Assembly: GCF_009914755.1 (NCBI RefSeq)
Contig: NC_060936.1
Length of the DNA: 64,000 nt
Strand: one strand, 5' to 3'
Source of the DNA: the human T2T-CHM13v2.0 reference genome, Homo sapiens
Shown here: positions 1-15,070 of the stretch, piece after piece
Numbering within the stretch: position 1 is the first letter of the stretch
Layout of the letters: each line of letters starts with the position of its first letter
Made by a program: the position numbers and the translations under genes
The notes under the pieces: model-generated
Seen by the model: the letters and a program-made list of their open reading frames with translations, nothing else
Databases searched by the model: none
Told to the model about the DNA's origin: nothing

Positions 1-17
1 TTTCTTTCTCTTTGCAG

Positions 18-46
18 GTCAGAAACCAAATTTGACTCCGGTTCAG
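18..46 (+). CDS. MSRB3: 29-nt internal coding exon of methionine sulfoxide reductase B3; starts phase 2, ends phase 1; encodes (K)SETKFDSGS(G)
   Basis: Polypyrimidine tract and acceptor TTTCTTTCTCTTTGCAG (1-17); donor CAG|GTATGT at 47. Translation G TCA GAA ACC AAA TTT GAC TCC GGT TCA G matches the recalled MSRB3 peptide PLFKSETKFDSGSGWPSF. Confidence 0.93.
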
Positions 47-2065
47 GTATGTTTACATTAATAATGCTCTTCTGAATATATTTTATTTACATTATTCTCT
101 GAGGAGTAAATCATCAGATCAAGAACCATTTTGATTTTAAACAGACTAGGCGGTTTCTTTCCAAAATGTGAGTCCCACCTCAAAGCAGGGCTATTGACTG
201 CATCAAATCATAATTTGAGGTGTTCACTTTGGAGTCTTCATAGCTCTGCAATAAGCATTACATGACCTATATCTGCAGAGTTTCATTTTAAAAGCAGAAG
301 TGGGGGTTATACATACTAATTGCTCAAAGTAGATTATTATTTTCTCAGTGGACAAAGCATCCTGAGTGATTTGAAAATTCTCTTTAGGTTGTCACCAAAT
401 GTGGGAGATGGATGCATTTAATTCAGCAAACTATAGAGAGTTCAAGCCAATAGAAATAGAAATTTGTCTATGGTTTATTAGCTTGTTTTCTCTTAAAAAA
501 GTTTTATTGCTAGATGGGTGATAGAAAATGAAGGTCACCTTAAGCCATTATTTTGAATCTATTAAGACAAAATTTACATTCTCACAAGCAGTGGCATATC
601 AGCCTCTTTAGACATTTTCTTTTCATTAAGCATGAAATGTAGCTATATAATTCTCAGGTTTGACTATGTCATTATGTCACTTGCTGAGATTTATGTGCTT
701 CAAAGTTTCTGATGGCATTTACAATTAAAGCACAAAAATTGCCTCATATTTCATACAAAGGAATTACGTATGCCCTTTGGTAGACTGTTAACAGATAAAT
801 AAACATTAATTTTTGAATTCCAGGAGAAAATAATTTACAGAAAAATATATAACTTGTTGAATTTACAAGTAACATTTTTACTCTGGTTCAAGTTTCACTA
901 TATGGTAACTTTAAAAATGTTTTTACTTATTATATTCACAAAGGAACAAGTGCTATATATTCCTTTTGATAGTAGTGTTAAGGAGACAACACACTTTTTC
1001 TTCTTTATAAGCCTTTTCTTTCTTTTATTGTATGGTTTTGTGAATTTGGTGAGACTCATTAACTATGAAGTCTATACATTTGAGTTAACAAATTTACCTA
1101 GTTTGGTAACTCCAGAAATCTTTGGATCCTGTGTCTTCTGCAGCCTCTGAATCAGATGTATGAATGGTAGTATAAGATAAACATTTTTGGTTGAAAACGC
1201 TGACTATATAGAGACTAAAGGTGGGATGGCATTGTGTCAACTGTTTGACTCCTTGATTCACAAATGGCTCAAAATAAGACGAAAAATCTTTTTCATTTTT
1301 TAAGTTAAAATCTTTAAGTATAATTTAAAAATAAATGAATAAAGTTGATGGAGAGTGTAATTTTACCTAAAAATTACATGTCTCTTTTTTCCCTGCCAGT
1401 CACCAAATATTAATTAAGAACCCACTTCATTATGATCTGATGTAATTCCCTAAACATCAAGTCAGAAACTGGTTTTAGGGTACAGGGTCTGGAATATAGC
1501 TTTTAAAAATGAATACGTCCACTAGGTTCATCTTGAAGGTAGAATTGAAGGTAGAACCTGGAAGTAGTTTACAAAACTGAAATATTAGGCAGCTATTGTC
1601 AAAGTCAGACAATTTATGTTAACTTTTCAAATCCAAATTAAAGTGTGCTGCTAAATTCCTGTACTGAAGGTAAGTATTTATCATGAAAATAGTTATAACA
1701 GCTGTACAGGCACACATCTTTCACTCTTGTGACCAAAGATTTTATGCATGACTTATTTTTTTTCAAGTTCTTATTTAAAAAAAATCTATCATGGACAACA
1801 TCTGCATGTCTTTGAAAACTACAAAGTTCTGTACTCTGAAAAGTCTTAAAGGGGAATACTGATTAAAAGTTTATTTGTTCTTTTAATATTAAACTTAAAT
1901 ATGTTGTGGAAAGAATTCAGATGTTTTCAAATTAAGAAACGGAATTATTTTTTCTTATAAGCTCCTTTTAGCTTATGACTGAAAGAATCATGACAAAGGA
2001 AGCTAGAAATGTATTCTTTGGCATCCTATATCATGAAAATTTTGGTTAGAAATAAGGTAGCATAG

Positions 2066-2368
<303 letters not shown>

Positions 2369-2593
2369 GGAAATAAGGTAGCATATTGGAACAATTAAAT
2401 AGGTTCAGATTCTCTATTGTGCATCAAATACAGAAAGTAAACTAGGTCTGTCTAATGTTGTATACAGCTCTGACAAAGCAAGATTTTTAAATGAAGGAAT
2501 ATGCCAATCTTACTAGGAAAAACAAAACCATAAAAAATAAATACTATGGTCAGTGACCAGCCATAACGGAAAGGATTTCAAAGTTAAATTTTA

Positions 2594-2652
2594 TGTGTGT
2601 GTGTGTGTGTGTGTGTGTACTCACACACCCACACCCCCACCACACACACACA
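2594..2652. repeat. (TG)n followed by imperfect (CA)n microsatellite
   Basis: TG run 2594-2618; CA-rich run 2622-2652. Confidence 0.95.
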
Positions 2653-2904
2653 AAGTATATCAAGGAAAGTACCCAACTTTATGCAGAGCTTACCGCACAA
2701 CATTTTTAGTTTAGGTAAATGAGTTTTAGCCTGTGGAGTGAGATTCATGAGAAAGGAAGGAAAGTTTTCATTGCCAGCACATGGTAAAAAGTTTCATTTG
2801 TTGAATGTATACCAAATGATTATCCTAGAAATTGATTTAAATTTTTTCTGATCAGAATTGCATCTTTCTTTTTTTTTACAAAAGCAAATCCTCAACCTCC
2901 TGTG

Positions 2905-3100
2905 CTTTTTAAATTAACAATTTTTTATAATCAAAAAATTTCAACCATGTATAAAAGTAGAAAGTATAGTGTGATTAGCACCCATATAGTCATCCTCTAA
3001 ATGTTACTTTTGTTAATTATTTGCCGAATTTGTTTTACCTTTTTTTGCTTGAAATATTTTAAAGCAAAATACATACATTTCATGTGATTTTTACAATCCA
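2905..3100 (-). mobile_element. Old L1M (L1ME-like) 3' fragment
   Basis: Resembles recalled L1M 3' ends (AAAAATTTCAACCATGTATAAAAGTAGAAAGTATAG...CACCCATATAG). Confidence 0.5.
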
Positions 3101-5319
3101 GAAATTATAGATGGTCTTGACTTATTAAAAGGCGTTAAAGTTTTGAGGTTTTCATCTATTTTAGAAATTTGAGTGACATACACGTCATTGTGTAAAGGAT
3201 CGTGGCATTTTCATGTCCACATCCAGTTGAAAACTCTTTGAAAGTCCTATTTGTGGTGAATTGTATAATTAAGAAAACCTTCAACCAGAAGGCAGAGGCC
3301 CTGAATTAATTCTGACCTGAGAACTCCAGAAATTTTCTATTCTCAAAATTAGTTAAAATGTCAGCTGCCATTTAGCTGTGGTCTCTGTGTACTGAGTAAT
3401 ATACTGACTAAAAACCTTTTCTGTTGATTTATAACTCAATCACCTAAAGTTTTTGGCTTTGCCAATTGAGAACAGTCAGCTTACCTTCTTTTTAAAAGGA
3501 GTTTTAAGGTTTCCATTTTATACCTTTTCCTAGTTGATGTACTAATGTTGGCTTGCCTAGGATTGTGTGGAGTTGGTGATTTTACTAATAGAGTAAAACA
3601 GACTTCCTTTTATGTTCAGAAGTAGCAAGAAGCTATACTCTTCTCCCCACCTCCCAAGAAGGGAAGTTAGTTGATGCTGGAGGAAGCAGAGCATTGAGTT
3701 TAATGTAGTGATTAAACATGAAAGCCATATATCAAATTTCAGGAGAAACATGCTTTTGAAAGAGGCAGAGAACTGTGGAGCATATTGCATGATAGGCTAT
3801 ATAAACAGAGCCCTGGAGGTCAGTGTGTGGATGCAAACCAATTAAATAAAAGAACTTACTGGCTTTGCTTTCTATCATCTGGATGGGGAGGATCACAAGT
3901 TAACATGCACAGGATTGAAGTATAAACTTTGCTTAAATAAGCTAGGCACCTTTGGAAATTTCATTAACTCTTTCAATCCACTGCTAACTATACTTTCAAA
4001 AACCAAAGTCTCTGGGAAGTTTTTAAAAAATCCAAAATATTTGTTCTCTTGGCCCTCTGTACATATCCATTGGCAAAGAGTAATGGACTAGTAATGAGTA
4101 GGATGGAAGAAAAAGTGAAGGATGAGGGTGAAAAGACCAGGAGTTGGCTCTGTCGCCAAATTTCAAGAACATGCACGTCTCTCAAACACAAGCCATTTGG
4201 AAAAGCAGAGCTCTTGCAAAATAACTGAAAAAAGATGTTTTTCTCTTCTGAATTCTGGGTATAAGGATATAGGTGGAATTTACTAGTCACTAATATAACA
4301 TCAGGATATTGTTATTTCTGTTCCAATAAAGTAGAATAGCTTTCTGACCAAGAAGAATCTTATTTATAAGTTAACCTTAACTTATTAACTTATTTATAAG
4401 TTAATAACTGGATGTGAAGGACAGCTTGTACCGTAATTCTGTGGTCCCAACCTTATCAGGCAATGTTTGGGTGAGAAAATGAAGTACCAAGTTAAATGGT
4501 ATAGATTCATGGTCCATAAACATTCAAAACAAAGATTTTTTTTTTCTATAGAGTCATGTTGGCTGAGAAAGTGAATAAGCTTATGTTTAGTGCTTGTTGA
4601 TTCTGGGCTGCTTGGAATAGCTATACTAAGGAAATGGGCTCATAGAACACAGCAACTCAAAGGTATAAGATTTCATGAAAGCGAATTATGGAGGATTAAG
4701 AAACCTAATGAGCATGGTTTAGTGTGCGGAGTTGAGGAGGGAGCTCACTATTAAATAAAGCCGAGAGTGTAGAAGGTTAGGAGATCCTAAAAGACATGAT
4801 TATAAAAGGCACAACAGAATATAATTATGCTGAAGGAGGGAGGGCGGAATCCAAGGAACAAAAAGCAGCTAGTGTCGCTTTTAGGATCTGTAGTTAAAAA
4901 GGAATCTACACCAGGGTAAGGAAATCAAAGAACACAATCAGTTAAAGCTTGAGGCAAAAACATAAGGGCAGGGAAAAATAGAGTGGGGCTGTTAAGGTAG
5001 TCACTAAGTTGAAGGGAAATGAGGAATTTGAATGTAGTAGAAATAGAGTTTTGAAAGCTTATTAACAAATGAGAGAATTTGCCTAACATAGTAAACTTTC
5101 CTCAAGAACTATTAATAAGGAAAATATTTTCAGTTCTTGTTAGCATGAGAATATGTTGACAATAGTTTTTAGCCATACAGTTTAATTTCTTCATTTTAAA
5201 TTTCTTATTTTAAACTCATAACATTGAAGAACAAGGAAATAAAATATAAATATTTATATAAGAATATTGAAATCTGCATTTGGGCATCATTTATCAGCAG
5301 AAATAAGAAAAATATTGAC

Positions 5320-5435
5320 TATTCATCTATTCATTCATTCATCATATATTTACTGGGCATACCATATGCCAGATGTTGAGGTTATAGCTGTGAACAGGGT
5401 GGATACAATTCCTTCTGTCATGGAATCTTATGCTG
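5320..5435 (-). mobile_element. L2 3' end fragment
   Basis: ATTCATTCATTC tail followed by TATTTACTGGGCATACCATATGCCAG, typical of a reverse L2 terminus. Confidence 0.7.
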
Positions 5436-5864
5436 GTTGGTTGGTCCATGGTCCATTATACAAATTCACATGAACTTACCTGCATACTTAACTGAGGAGG
5501 CCTAACAAGACTAAAACTTAAATCTAAATGGTGAGTCAAAGACCTCTTGATATTTAAACATAAGCCAATTTATTTTAGATTTAGACAAATTCACCTTTCT
5601 TTACTGTATTCAAGCGATATCATGCTGTTTTCCACAGACTTTTAAGAGAACAGCCTAATAATGCTAATGGTTAGGGTGTAATTTTTCTAGCGTTTTCAAT
5701 AAGGAGTGACATTTTCCATTTGATTATCATCTTTAAAAAATCAACTTAGATGAGAACACACTGACAAATATTTGTGAATACCGTTCTATTCTTTGTTTTT
5801 GTTTATTTCTTTTACAGGATCCTATTCAAGATTAGCCTGAAAAATCAGGCAACCTTCTCTATAG

Positions 5865-6164
<300 letters not shown>

Positions 6165-6459
6165 TATATCAATCTTTCTTGATTGAATAGAATCAAGTAG
6201 AGGGGACACGGCTCTTCATCCCGTTTTCTAAACTAACTTGACCAGGAAACAGCAAGGCATAGTGGCTAAGTGCTGAGGTTTGGGTCAGATAGATGTAAGT
6301 CTCTCTTTCGAATAATTTTCTATTGATTTTCTCAGATTTCATATGTACCCTTATGTCACATACTTACATTTTGTATTTTTTCTTAGAACTGGAGCATTTA
6401 AAAGCTATGAATTTCCTTCATTGGAGCTTTAGTTGAGTCCTAGAGTTTTAATATTTTAT

Positions 6460-6756
6460 TTATTTTTATTATTTTTTTAGAGGCAGGGTCTCTATTGCCC
6501 AGGCTGGAGTGCTGTGGCACGATCATAGCTCACCATAACCTTGAACTCCTGGGCTCAAGTGACCTCCTGCCTCAGTCTCCCAAATAGCAGGGAATACAGG
6601 TGCACACCACCATGCCGGGCCAATTTAAAAAACATTTTTGTAGAGACTGGATCTTGCCATGTTGCCCAGGCTAGTCTCAAACTCCTGGCTTCAAGCAATC
6701 CTCCTGCCTCAGTCTTCCACAGCACTAGAATTAGGCATGAGCCACTGTGCCCAGCC
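6460..6756 (-). mobile_element. AluJ
   Basis: GATCATAGCTCAC and AACTCCTGGGCTCAAG J-type motifs; diverged dimer. Confidence 0.93.
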
Positions 6757-7065
6757 CAATATTGTATTTTAAATAAATGCAGTTTTGATTTTCTTTTGGA
6801 CATGATAGTTACTTAGGAAGCTTTTTTTTTTTAAATTTCCAAATTTTCTACCTTCTCCTTTTATTAATGTTTTTCAGTTTTATTGTTTGGTAGTCAAAGA
6901 ATTTGGCCTTACTACTTTTTAGAAAGTCTATTATTCAGTACTTATTAAAGTTTTTTTTTTGGCCTCCCATGTATTTAATTTTTGTGGCTTTTTTGTTGGA
7001 AAACTACATTCTCTGCAATGTAAAGGCTTCAGTGGACATTTATTAGACAACCTGATTCATGATAA

Positions 7066-7412
<347 letters not shown>

Positions 7413-7585
7413 GTCATTTTTTATTTTACCTGAATTCTGCTTCTTTAGATATTACCATCCCTGTGTTGTCAGCTCCACATACTCCATAAGTCTGGTGGCA
7501 GCCAATTTACTTGGGACATGCGTTACACTTGTCTCCTTGTAGAGAACATTACTGCAAAGCAATGCTCATAGAAATGAAGGCTGCT

Positions 7586-7861
7586 AAACTAACACAGGAA
7601 CAGAAAACCAAACACTGCATGTTCTCACTCATAAGTGGGAGGTGAACAATGAGAACACATGGACACAGGGAGGGGAACATCACACACAGGGGCCCGTCAG
7701 GGGGTGGGGGGATAGGGGAGGGATAGCATTAGGAGAAATACCTAATGTAGATGACGGGTTGATAGGTGCAGCAAATCACCATAGCACGTGTATACCTATG
7801 TAACAAACCTGCATGTTCTGCACATTTATCCAAGAACTTAAAATATATATAAAAGAAAGAA
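7586..7861 (+). mobile_element. 5'-truncated L1PA 3' end (L1PA7/8-like)
   Basis: L1 ORF2 end and 3'UTR with G-rich tract (7700-7722); perfect 16-bp TSD AGAAATGAAGGCTGCT at 7570-7585 and 7862-7877. Confidence 0.95.
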
Positions 7862-8261
7862 AGAAATGAAGGCTGCTGCAAAGAGGAAACATATTATTCC
7901 AAACTCATATGTGAAGCAAGAAGTTGCTGCAATTACCACCTGTAAATACAAGTGCTCTCCTCCTCCCTCATATCTCATAGCTTTATAAGGAAAGAGGCTC
8001 TGAGACTTTATATGATTCAAATGTTTGTTTTCTCCACTTAAGATCGTCCCCCGACTACTCCATCTTGTTGGCAAGGTTCTATTTACCTTTTAATGCTCAC
8101 CTCAAACATTACTATATCAATTAAATGTAGCCTTCCTTGACACCTTCCCAGCAGTCAGCCATCTGTTTCTTTGTGCAAATGCTGACTCTTGTAGCACTTA
8201 TCATCTGCAGTAGTTATTTGTGTGGATCTTTTCTCTCTCTCCAAGTCTGTGAATTTCTTAA

Positions 8262-8619
<358 letters not shown>

Positions 8620-8749
8620 TATAGTCTTGATGTCTTATATGAGATAATTACTCAATAAATAAAAGTTCCATGAAGTTGGAAATTTTTGTTCTTTAATAGT
8701 AATAGAAATACATAACTAATGATGGAAGATTTATTCTCCCCTTTTATAG

Positions 8750-9135
8750 TGTTGGGTTGCTGCTGGGAAGTGGCTACAGGGCCAGAGTTGACAATTTCCA
8801 GGCCCTTTGCATCTATGTGGAGACATGTAACTAATTTTTGCAGTAGAATGTATGTCATTTTTAGGTTAAGGGGATTAAGTAGCCAATATGCTTTCCTTAT
8901 ATCACTTTTCCTCTTCTGAGGTTAACTCATAGTTACATGTTGAACATGATGCCATCACAGTGTGGAAGGAGTTTGGATCCATACATCATACTTGGAGGAG
9001 ATCCACGCAGGAGAGCCATTCATCCTAGAATATCTTCATTGGACTTCATATATTATGAAATAATTTTTTTATGATAAGCCACTAAGATTTTTCTATCACT
9101 TATTATAGCAGCTAGTGTTACTTACGTTGACTAGC
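8750..9135 (+). mobile_element. MLT1-type MaLR LTR relic
   Basis: 3' terminus TAAGCCACTAAGATTTT...TTATTATAGCAGCTAG resembles MLT1 ends; 5' boundary uncertain. Confidence 0.55.
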
Positions 9136-9324
9136 CCAGTGCTTAGACTAGTCCTTGGCAAAAAGTTATTTGCCTGTAATTATTATCTAGTGGCAAATAT
9201 CCCTGGATAGTTTTTGGATAAATGATTGAATGAGTGGCCAGGAATTACATTATCTAACCTGAAGATGATCCTTTAAACCAAGGATCATACAAAAATAGAA
9301 TACTATGTTCTATATAGTCATCAA

Positions 9325-9540
9325 GCCTATCAGCTACATATTATCACAATAATGCAGTATAATAGGTCACCTCAAAAAGTGGTGATTTGAAACAATAATC
9401 ATTTATTCATGCTTACATGTCTATGGGTTGGTTGGGTGTTGGCTGGCACATGCTAGTTGCAGGTTGGGTCCAGGTCTGTTCCACACTTGTCAATGATGGT
9501 AGAAGATAAGAGGGCAAGCCCAACTATGCAAGCACATAAT
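9325..9540 (-). mobile_element. MLT1-type MaLR LTR relic, reverse
   Basis: CACCTCAAAAAGTGGTGATTTGAAACAATAATCATTTATT resembles the reverse complement of an MLT1 3' end. Confidence 0.55.
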
Positions 9541-10180
9541 GATATGATTATAAAACACCTTGAAAATATAAAATGTAGTACATACAGGTTTGTATATGGT
9601 TGCGATGTGGCCATTAGTAGGCCATTAAAAAGGTTGCTGGCCACACACAAAAAGTAGCGTTAATGGCCTTGGTGAATTTTTTGTGTCTAGTATCTGGCTA
9701 TTAACTTTCAGGCTCAGAAACCTAGATGTTTCACTATCTCTCAGGGATGGGCTCACATGGACAAACCCAGAAGACTGATGGATGAAGCCAGAATGCTATG
9801 TATTTCTTTATAATGAGAAATGTAATTTTCACATGAGTGAGAATACTTACATCTGCATGATCAGTGTCTTCTTTTTTTGTAAGTAATCCAGCTATATGAG
9901 ACACAAAATCGCAAGAAAAATTCACTTGATCAGTTTACCAACATAAATCATTAATGACTGAAATTTCCTTACTGTAACATATATCAGCCTAAAGCTAGAT
10001 ATCTTTGAGAAGTCGAATCAAAATGGAGGATTGCTGTTGAGTACAGACTAAGAACAAAGAAAACAAATTGAATGTTTAGTTTTATGAGTTCAAGTTAACA
10101 ATTATCTATCTCCAAATAGGGATGGTCCTGGCTAGTGAGACCTCTTATGACTTAAATTTAATTGGCCACAACTTCATTCA

Positions 10181-10266
10181 ACCATCCTTCCATCCATCCA
10201 TCCATCCATCCATCCATCCATCCATCCATCCATCCATCTACCCATCCACCATCTACCCATCCATCT
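10181..10266. repeat. (CCAT)n tetranucleotide repeat
   Basis: Direct inspection. Confidence 0.95.
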
Positions 10267-10439
10267 ATATAAAAGATAGCCTTGCTGTTGGACCTGGACA
10301 ATATACTGCAAATTCATTGCCTAAGACCTTGTTTCCAAATTCACAGAGCAGACCTTGGAAGCGATTGTAGAGCTGACAATTTACAGTTTAAATGTTTCCT
10401 ACCTTATTGAAATAAATATTAAAATTTTAGTGGTTTAAC

Positions 10440-10740
10440 AAATCATGTCAGTATACTTAAATTAACGTGTAGAACAAGGTCAGTATATAGATCAAAATAT
10501 AGAACATTTCCACCTATTATGTTCCCTTATAACTTTCTTCAGTCAGTCCCCACTCATCAGAGGTAACCACTCTTCTGACTTCAGTCACCACAGATTAAAG
10601 TTCCCTGTTCTTGAATTTCATATAAAATAGAATTATATGGTATATACTCTTTTTTATATGGTGGCTTTTGCTCCATATCATGTTTTTGAGATTTATTCAT
10701 GTTATTTGTACGTTATCAATAGTTATAGCTGAGTAGTATA
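10440..10740 (-). mobile_element. L1M 3' fragment
   Basis: GGTAACCACTCTTCTGACT...GTTCTTGAATTTCATATAAA...TTTTGAGATTTATTCATGTT motifs of old L1 3'UTRs. Confidence 0.7.
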
Positions 10741-11357
10741 AATTGGGAAGTATATTTTGCTCCAAGTTTGGCTACCATTGATGCAGTTGTGTTTACTGAG
10801 CAGTCTTGGTTTCTAATATTCTCAGGTCCAGAAGACTGCTATTAATATATTGAACCAGTGTGTAGGCATTTTTACTTTGACTCAGTGATCAGTCATGATC
10901 AGTCAGTCAATTTGCATGTGCATGTAGAGCACTTACTCTATTTAAGACATGGCGAAGGACATATGAGTATGAGACAGTTTCTACATTTGTGGAGCTTATA
11001 ATCTAATTAAAGAGATGAGATATATACATATGAAGATATCTGTAGGTTCAGGGTAATTTGAATGGTTTCAGCAATGGAGTCCTAAAAGAATTTAGAAGAC
11101 ATGAATTACTTTAGAGTATGGTGATTGATTGGGGCAGTTGCACGGTGGAGGTAGAACTGAAATAATCAAGGGTAGAATATGGATAGATATAAATAAAGAG
11201 GAAGATAATTTTAAATAGAGGGCCCCTTAAGGTCAGGCACAGAGACGTAATTGCTAAATGTATTTGAGGAACAGTAAGTAAACCAACTTGCCAGAACTGG
11301 AGTATTTTTGTTGGGGGGTCCTGATATAGTTGGGAGTCTATTAGAAACCACAGGCTT

Positions 11358-11608
11358 GGCCAAGGCAGTTGGATCACTTGAGGTACAGGAGTTCGAAACA
11401 GCCTGGCCAACATGGTGAAAACCCATCTCTACTAAAAATGCAAAAATTAACCAGGTGTGGTGGTGCACCCCTGTAATCCCAGCTACTTGGGAAGCTGAGG
11501 TGGAGAATTGCTTGAACCCGGGAGGTGGAGGCTGCAGTGAGCCAAGATCGCACCACTGTACTCCAGCCTAGGTGACAGAGTGAGACCTTGTCTCAAAAAG
11601 AAAAAGAA
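11358..11608 (+). mobile_element. Alu (J/S-type), 5'-truncated
   Basis: Begins at GGCCAAGGCAG; right arm and A-rich tail intact. Confidence 0.93.
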
Positions 11609-11674
11609 TTGGTACTTAACTCTGTGGCCAATAATAATAACGACAATGACAGCAAAACAATTACAAAATTGATT

Positions 11675-11885
11675 TTCTGCCTAATATGTAATATGCTCTG
11701 TACTAAGTGTTTAATATTTATTAACTCATCTAATTTGCATAGACCATACATTATTATTCCCATCTTATAAATGAATAGACCAAAGCACAGGAAGTTTAGA
11801 TATTTGCCCAAGGTCACATAGCTAGTAAGTGACAGAACTGGGATTTGATCCTAAGTAGTCCGATTCGAGAGTCTTAACCAATATG
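11675..11885 (-). mobile_element. MIR
   Basis: MIR core ATTATTCCCATCTTATAAATGA...TTGCCCAAGGTCACATAGCTAGTAAGTGACAGAACTGGGATTTGA. Confidence 0.85.
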
Positions 11886-14684
11886 CAGTATAAAAACCTA
11901 TAATATGAGTTGATGGGATGAAAACAATGTTTTATGCTTTTTTAGTCATACACCCTATTCCCACATGACATACTTGCTCACACAGTCACATGTAGTTGCA
12001 GAAATTTTCTCCCCCTCCAAGTAGTTACTCGGATTCAGTAGTCTGTTGAGAAATAGATTTTGAAGGTACTGTAAGAATTTTAATTAAAATAACATGCATT
12101 TATTCCCCCAGCATTAAATTTCCTGCTGAGAAAGATATTCATGAAGGATTTGTTGCAAAGAAATGATAAGGAAGAGTTAACTGGTTCTAGAGAATTTATA
12201 ATAATTTGTTTTAGACTAAGGCTTTATTTTTAACATAGATCAAAATTAACATAATACAATTAATACAGTTTACTATGGTTTTGACAGGAGGTGAAAGTAC
12301 TTACCTTGTACTGATAGATATTTATAAATTGGAATGAATCGATGATCATGGTCACCTTCTTTGGGCAGCAGAACAAGGATTGTTTGGCTATTCATTATAA
12401 TTGAGATATCTTGCTCATTCCTGGGCAGAAATAAGCTACATTCAACTGCAATGTGTAGAAAATTTTGCTATAGCACATTACTTGGTTGCAGGCTTAAGAT
12501 TTTTAACATCTTGCTCCAGTATGAAAGTATTTTATTTATTAAGGAACATGTACAAATGTAGCAAAACTATCAGTTATTTGCTTATAGTATCAAAATATTC
12601 TAGTAAAAATCCTTTAAAATGATAATGACTTTTTAGTTCTTATGTCTTGATAAATTTTTCTTCGAGTCTTTTGTGTTATAGAACTATCCTAAGAACATTT
12701 TATAAGAGGTTCTTTTGATTTTTCATTAATTTCCCAGGATAGGAGTAAAAAATTAACACATTTAAAGTAAATTTTTGCTTAATGATTGCTAGTCTTAGTG
12801 AATTTTGAATATCTATGTTTTAGATATTCAAGTATTATTCCTTAATTAAGAACTTAAATAGCCATATGGCCTATATTGTATTCGATGTTGCAAATTAGTA
12901 AACTTCTATTATACTTGTACTTTTGTTTTTGTTAATATTAAAGACATACTTAATTGATATATATTTAAGATGTATAATTGACATTATATTTTCACACAAT
13001 AGCATGTAATAATGTTTATTGAATAAGTCATAAGTGAATGAATGACATATAGAATAATGTTTTGCCATTTCCAACCAATGTGAAATATTTGACGCTAACA
13101 AATATCATCCCTTTCTTCACAAAATCTGTCTATATATTACCATATTACCTTGCATCTAAATGATTCACATTGTGGATGGAAGGCTATATGTAGATGGTGA
13201 GAGATAAAAGAGACAAGAAAATTTAATGACAACAAAAATATTTTGTGGCAGAACATAGGAACACAAAACAACAATGTAAAGATTCAAGTTTTATGGCCTA
13301 TCAGTGGTTTTTCTACCAAAAATAGTAACCCTCAGGTCCTCCCCAGTCAATCAAAAATAGACTTTGGAGTTTTATTCTAACTTAGATTTAAATTTATTTC
13401 TATGTTAGAATAGTCTATTAAAATTATTTTCCCCTGTGTTGTTATATAGTAATAGTAAAATACATTTTTACAGTGTGAATGAAAGTGGCATTAAAATTCA
13501 TTTAAATTTATACAGTAGAATTATCTTTTTAGGAATTTGTTTAAATTTCTTGTATTTTGTGGCTTGTTTGATATCACTTTTTATCTACATATTTGCTTTT
13601 TCAATTATACTACTTAGGAATTTATTCAATTTTTTTTCATCACGACCACCTGTTTAGTTAGCAGTATCCCTTGAAATATTGTGATGATATGTGGCTTTTA
13701 CTGATTTATTAGATTTGTTGGGGCTTTTTTTGTTGTTTTAAGTAATGTACTAATATATTTATTTTTTCTAGCTATATGGTTTTATTTTTTCAGGGTTGTA
13801 GAAGAATACTACATATCTAGAACTTAGAATTGCCTATAATTTCCAGCATATATGTTATACACACACCCCCACCACACACGTGTATATATATACATGCATA
13901 TATGTGTGTATATATGGATATATATGTGAATAAAAATTTCCTCCCAAACGTTTTAAAATCAGGTTAAATTTATTTATGATGAAATATGATTTTTTTCCAA
14001 AAGTTTTCTTTGCAAAATTAGTATGCATTTTATGCAATTTAAGAATTTTATAACTAGCAAATATAGTTATGTCAAATATGGAAGCAACTTCATAGAACTA
14101 TATGTACATTATGATTTTTTATTAAAATGATATAAATTTTTATGATCAAATGTACAAATCAAAAAGGAAATTTTAACGTCAAAATGAATGTGATTTCATG
14201 AATTTGTAATTTTAATTTACCCGTGCTCAATTTCACAAATGTTTGTTGATCACACACTCTGATTGAGCTTTGTGCATTGCCTTGAACAAGCTAGCTGTAA
14301 AATTTGTAAAATAGTTTAGTGCCTAGCAGAAATAACTCTTGGTGTAGAAATATACTAATGGTAGGGTAGTCTTTCATGATTGTGATAAGTATGAAAGAAG
14401 ATTGCCTCTTTCTGAAGCCTGTTTATTTTGTAGTTAACAAGGCCAGGGGAGACTTTTGATTATTTTTTGCTTGCATGCCTACACATACCTAAGGAAAAAG
14501 TAATCACAGATCCCAGTGTCACTTTAATTATGCCATTAATTTAAGTGTTGATTCAACAGCTATTTACTGTTCACAGTATTTTAGTATTTGTAAATTTCTT
14601 GGTGGTATGGGTAACAATAAATGGATGTTTTTATCTAAAGTAGGAAATCACATAAATGAACAAAGAGATGCATTGTTAGTAGAA

Positions 14685-15070
<386 letters not shown>

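Noticed and set aside
854-1150. 98-aa hydrophobic ORF near the exon
   Set aside because: Non-ATG start, T-rich composition, no splice or homology support.
7586-7861. Sense L1 3' end as an intronic polyadenylation site
   Set aside because: The L1 AATAAA signal is degraded (AAAATATATATAAAAG).
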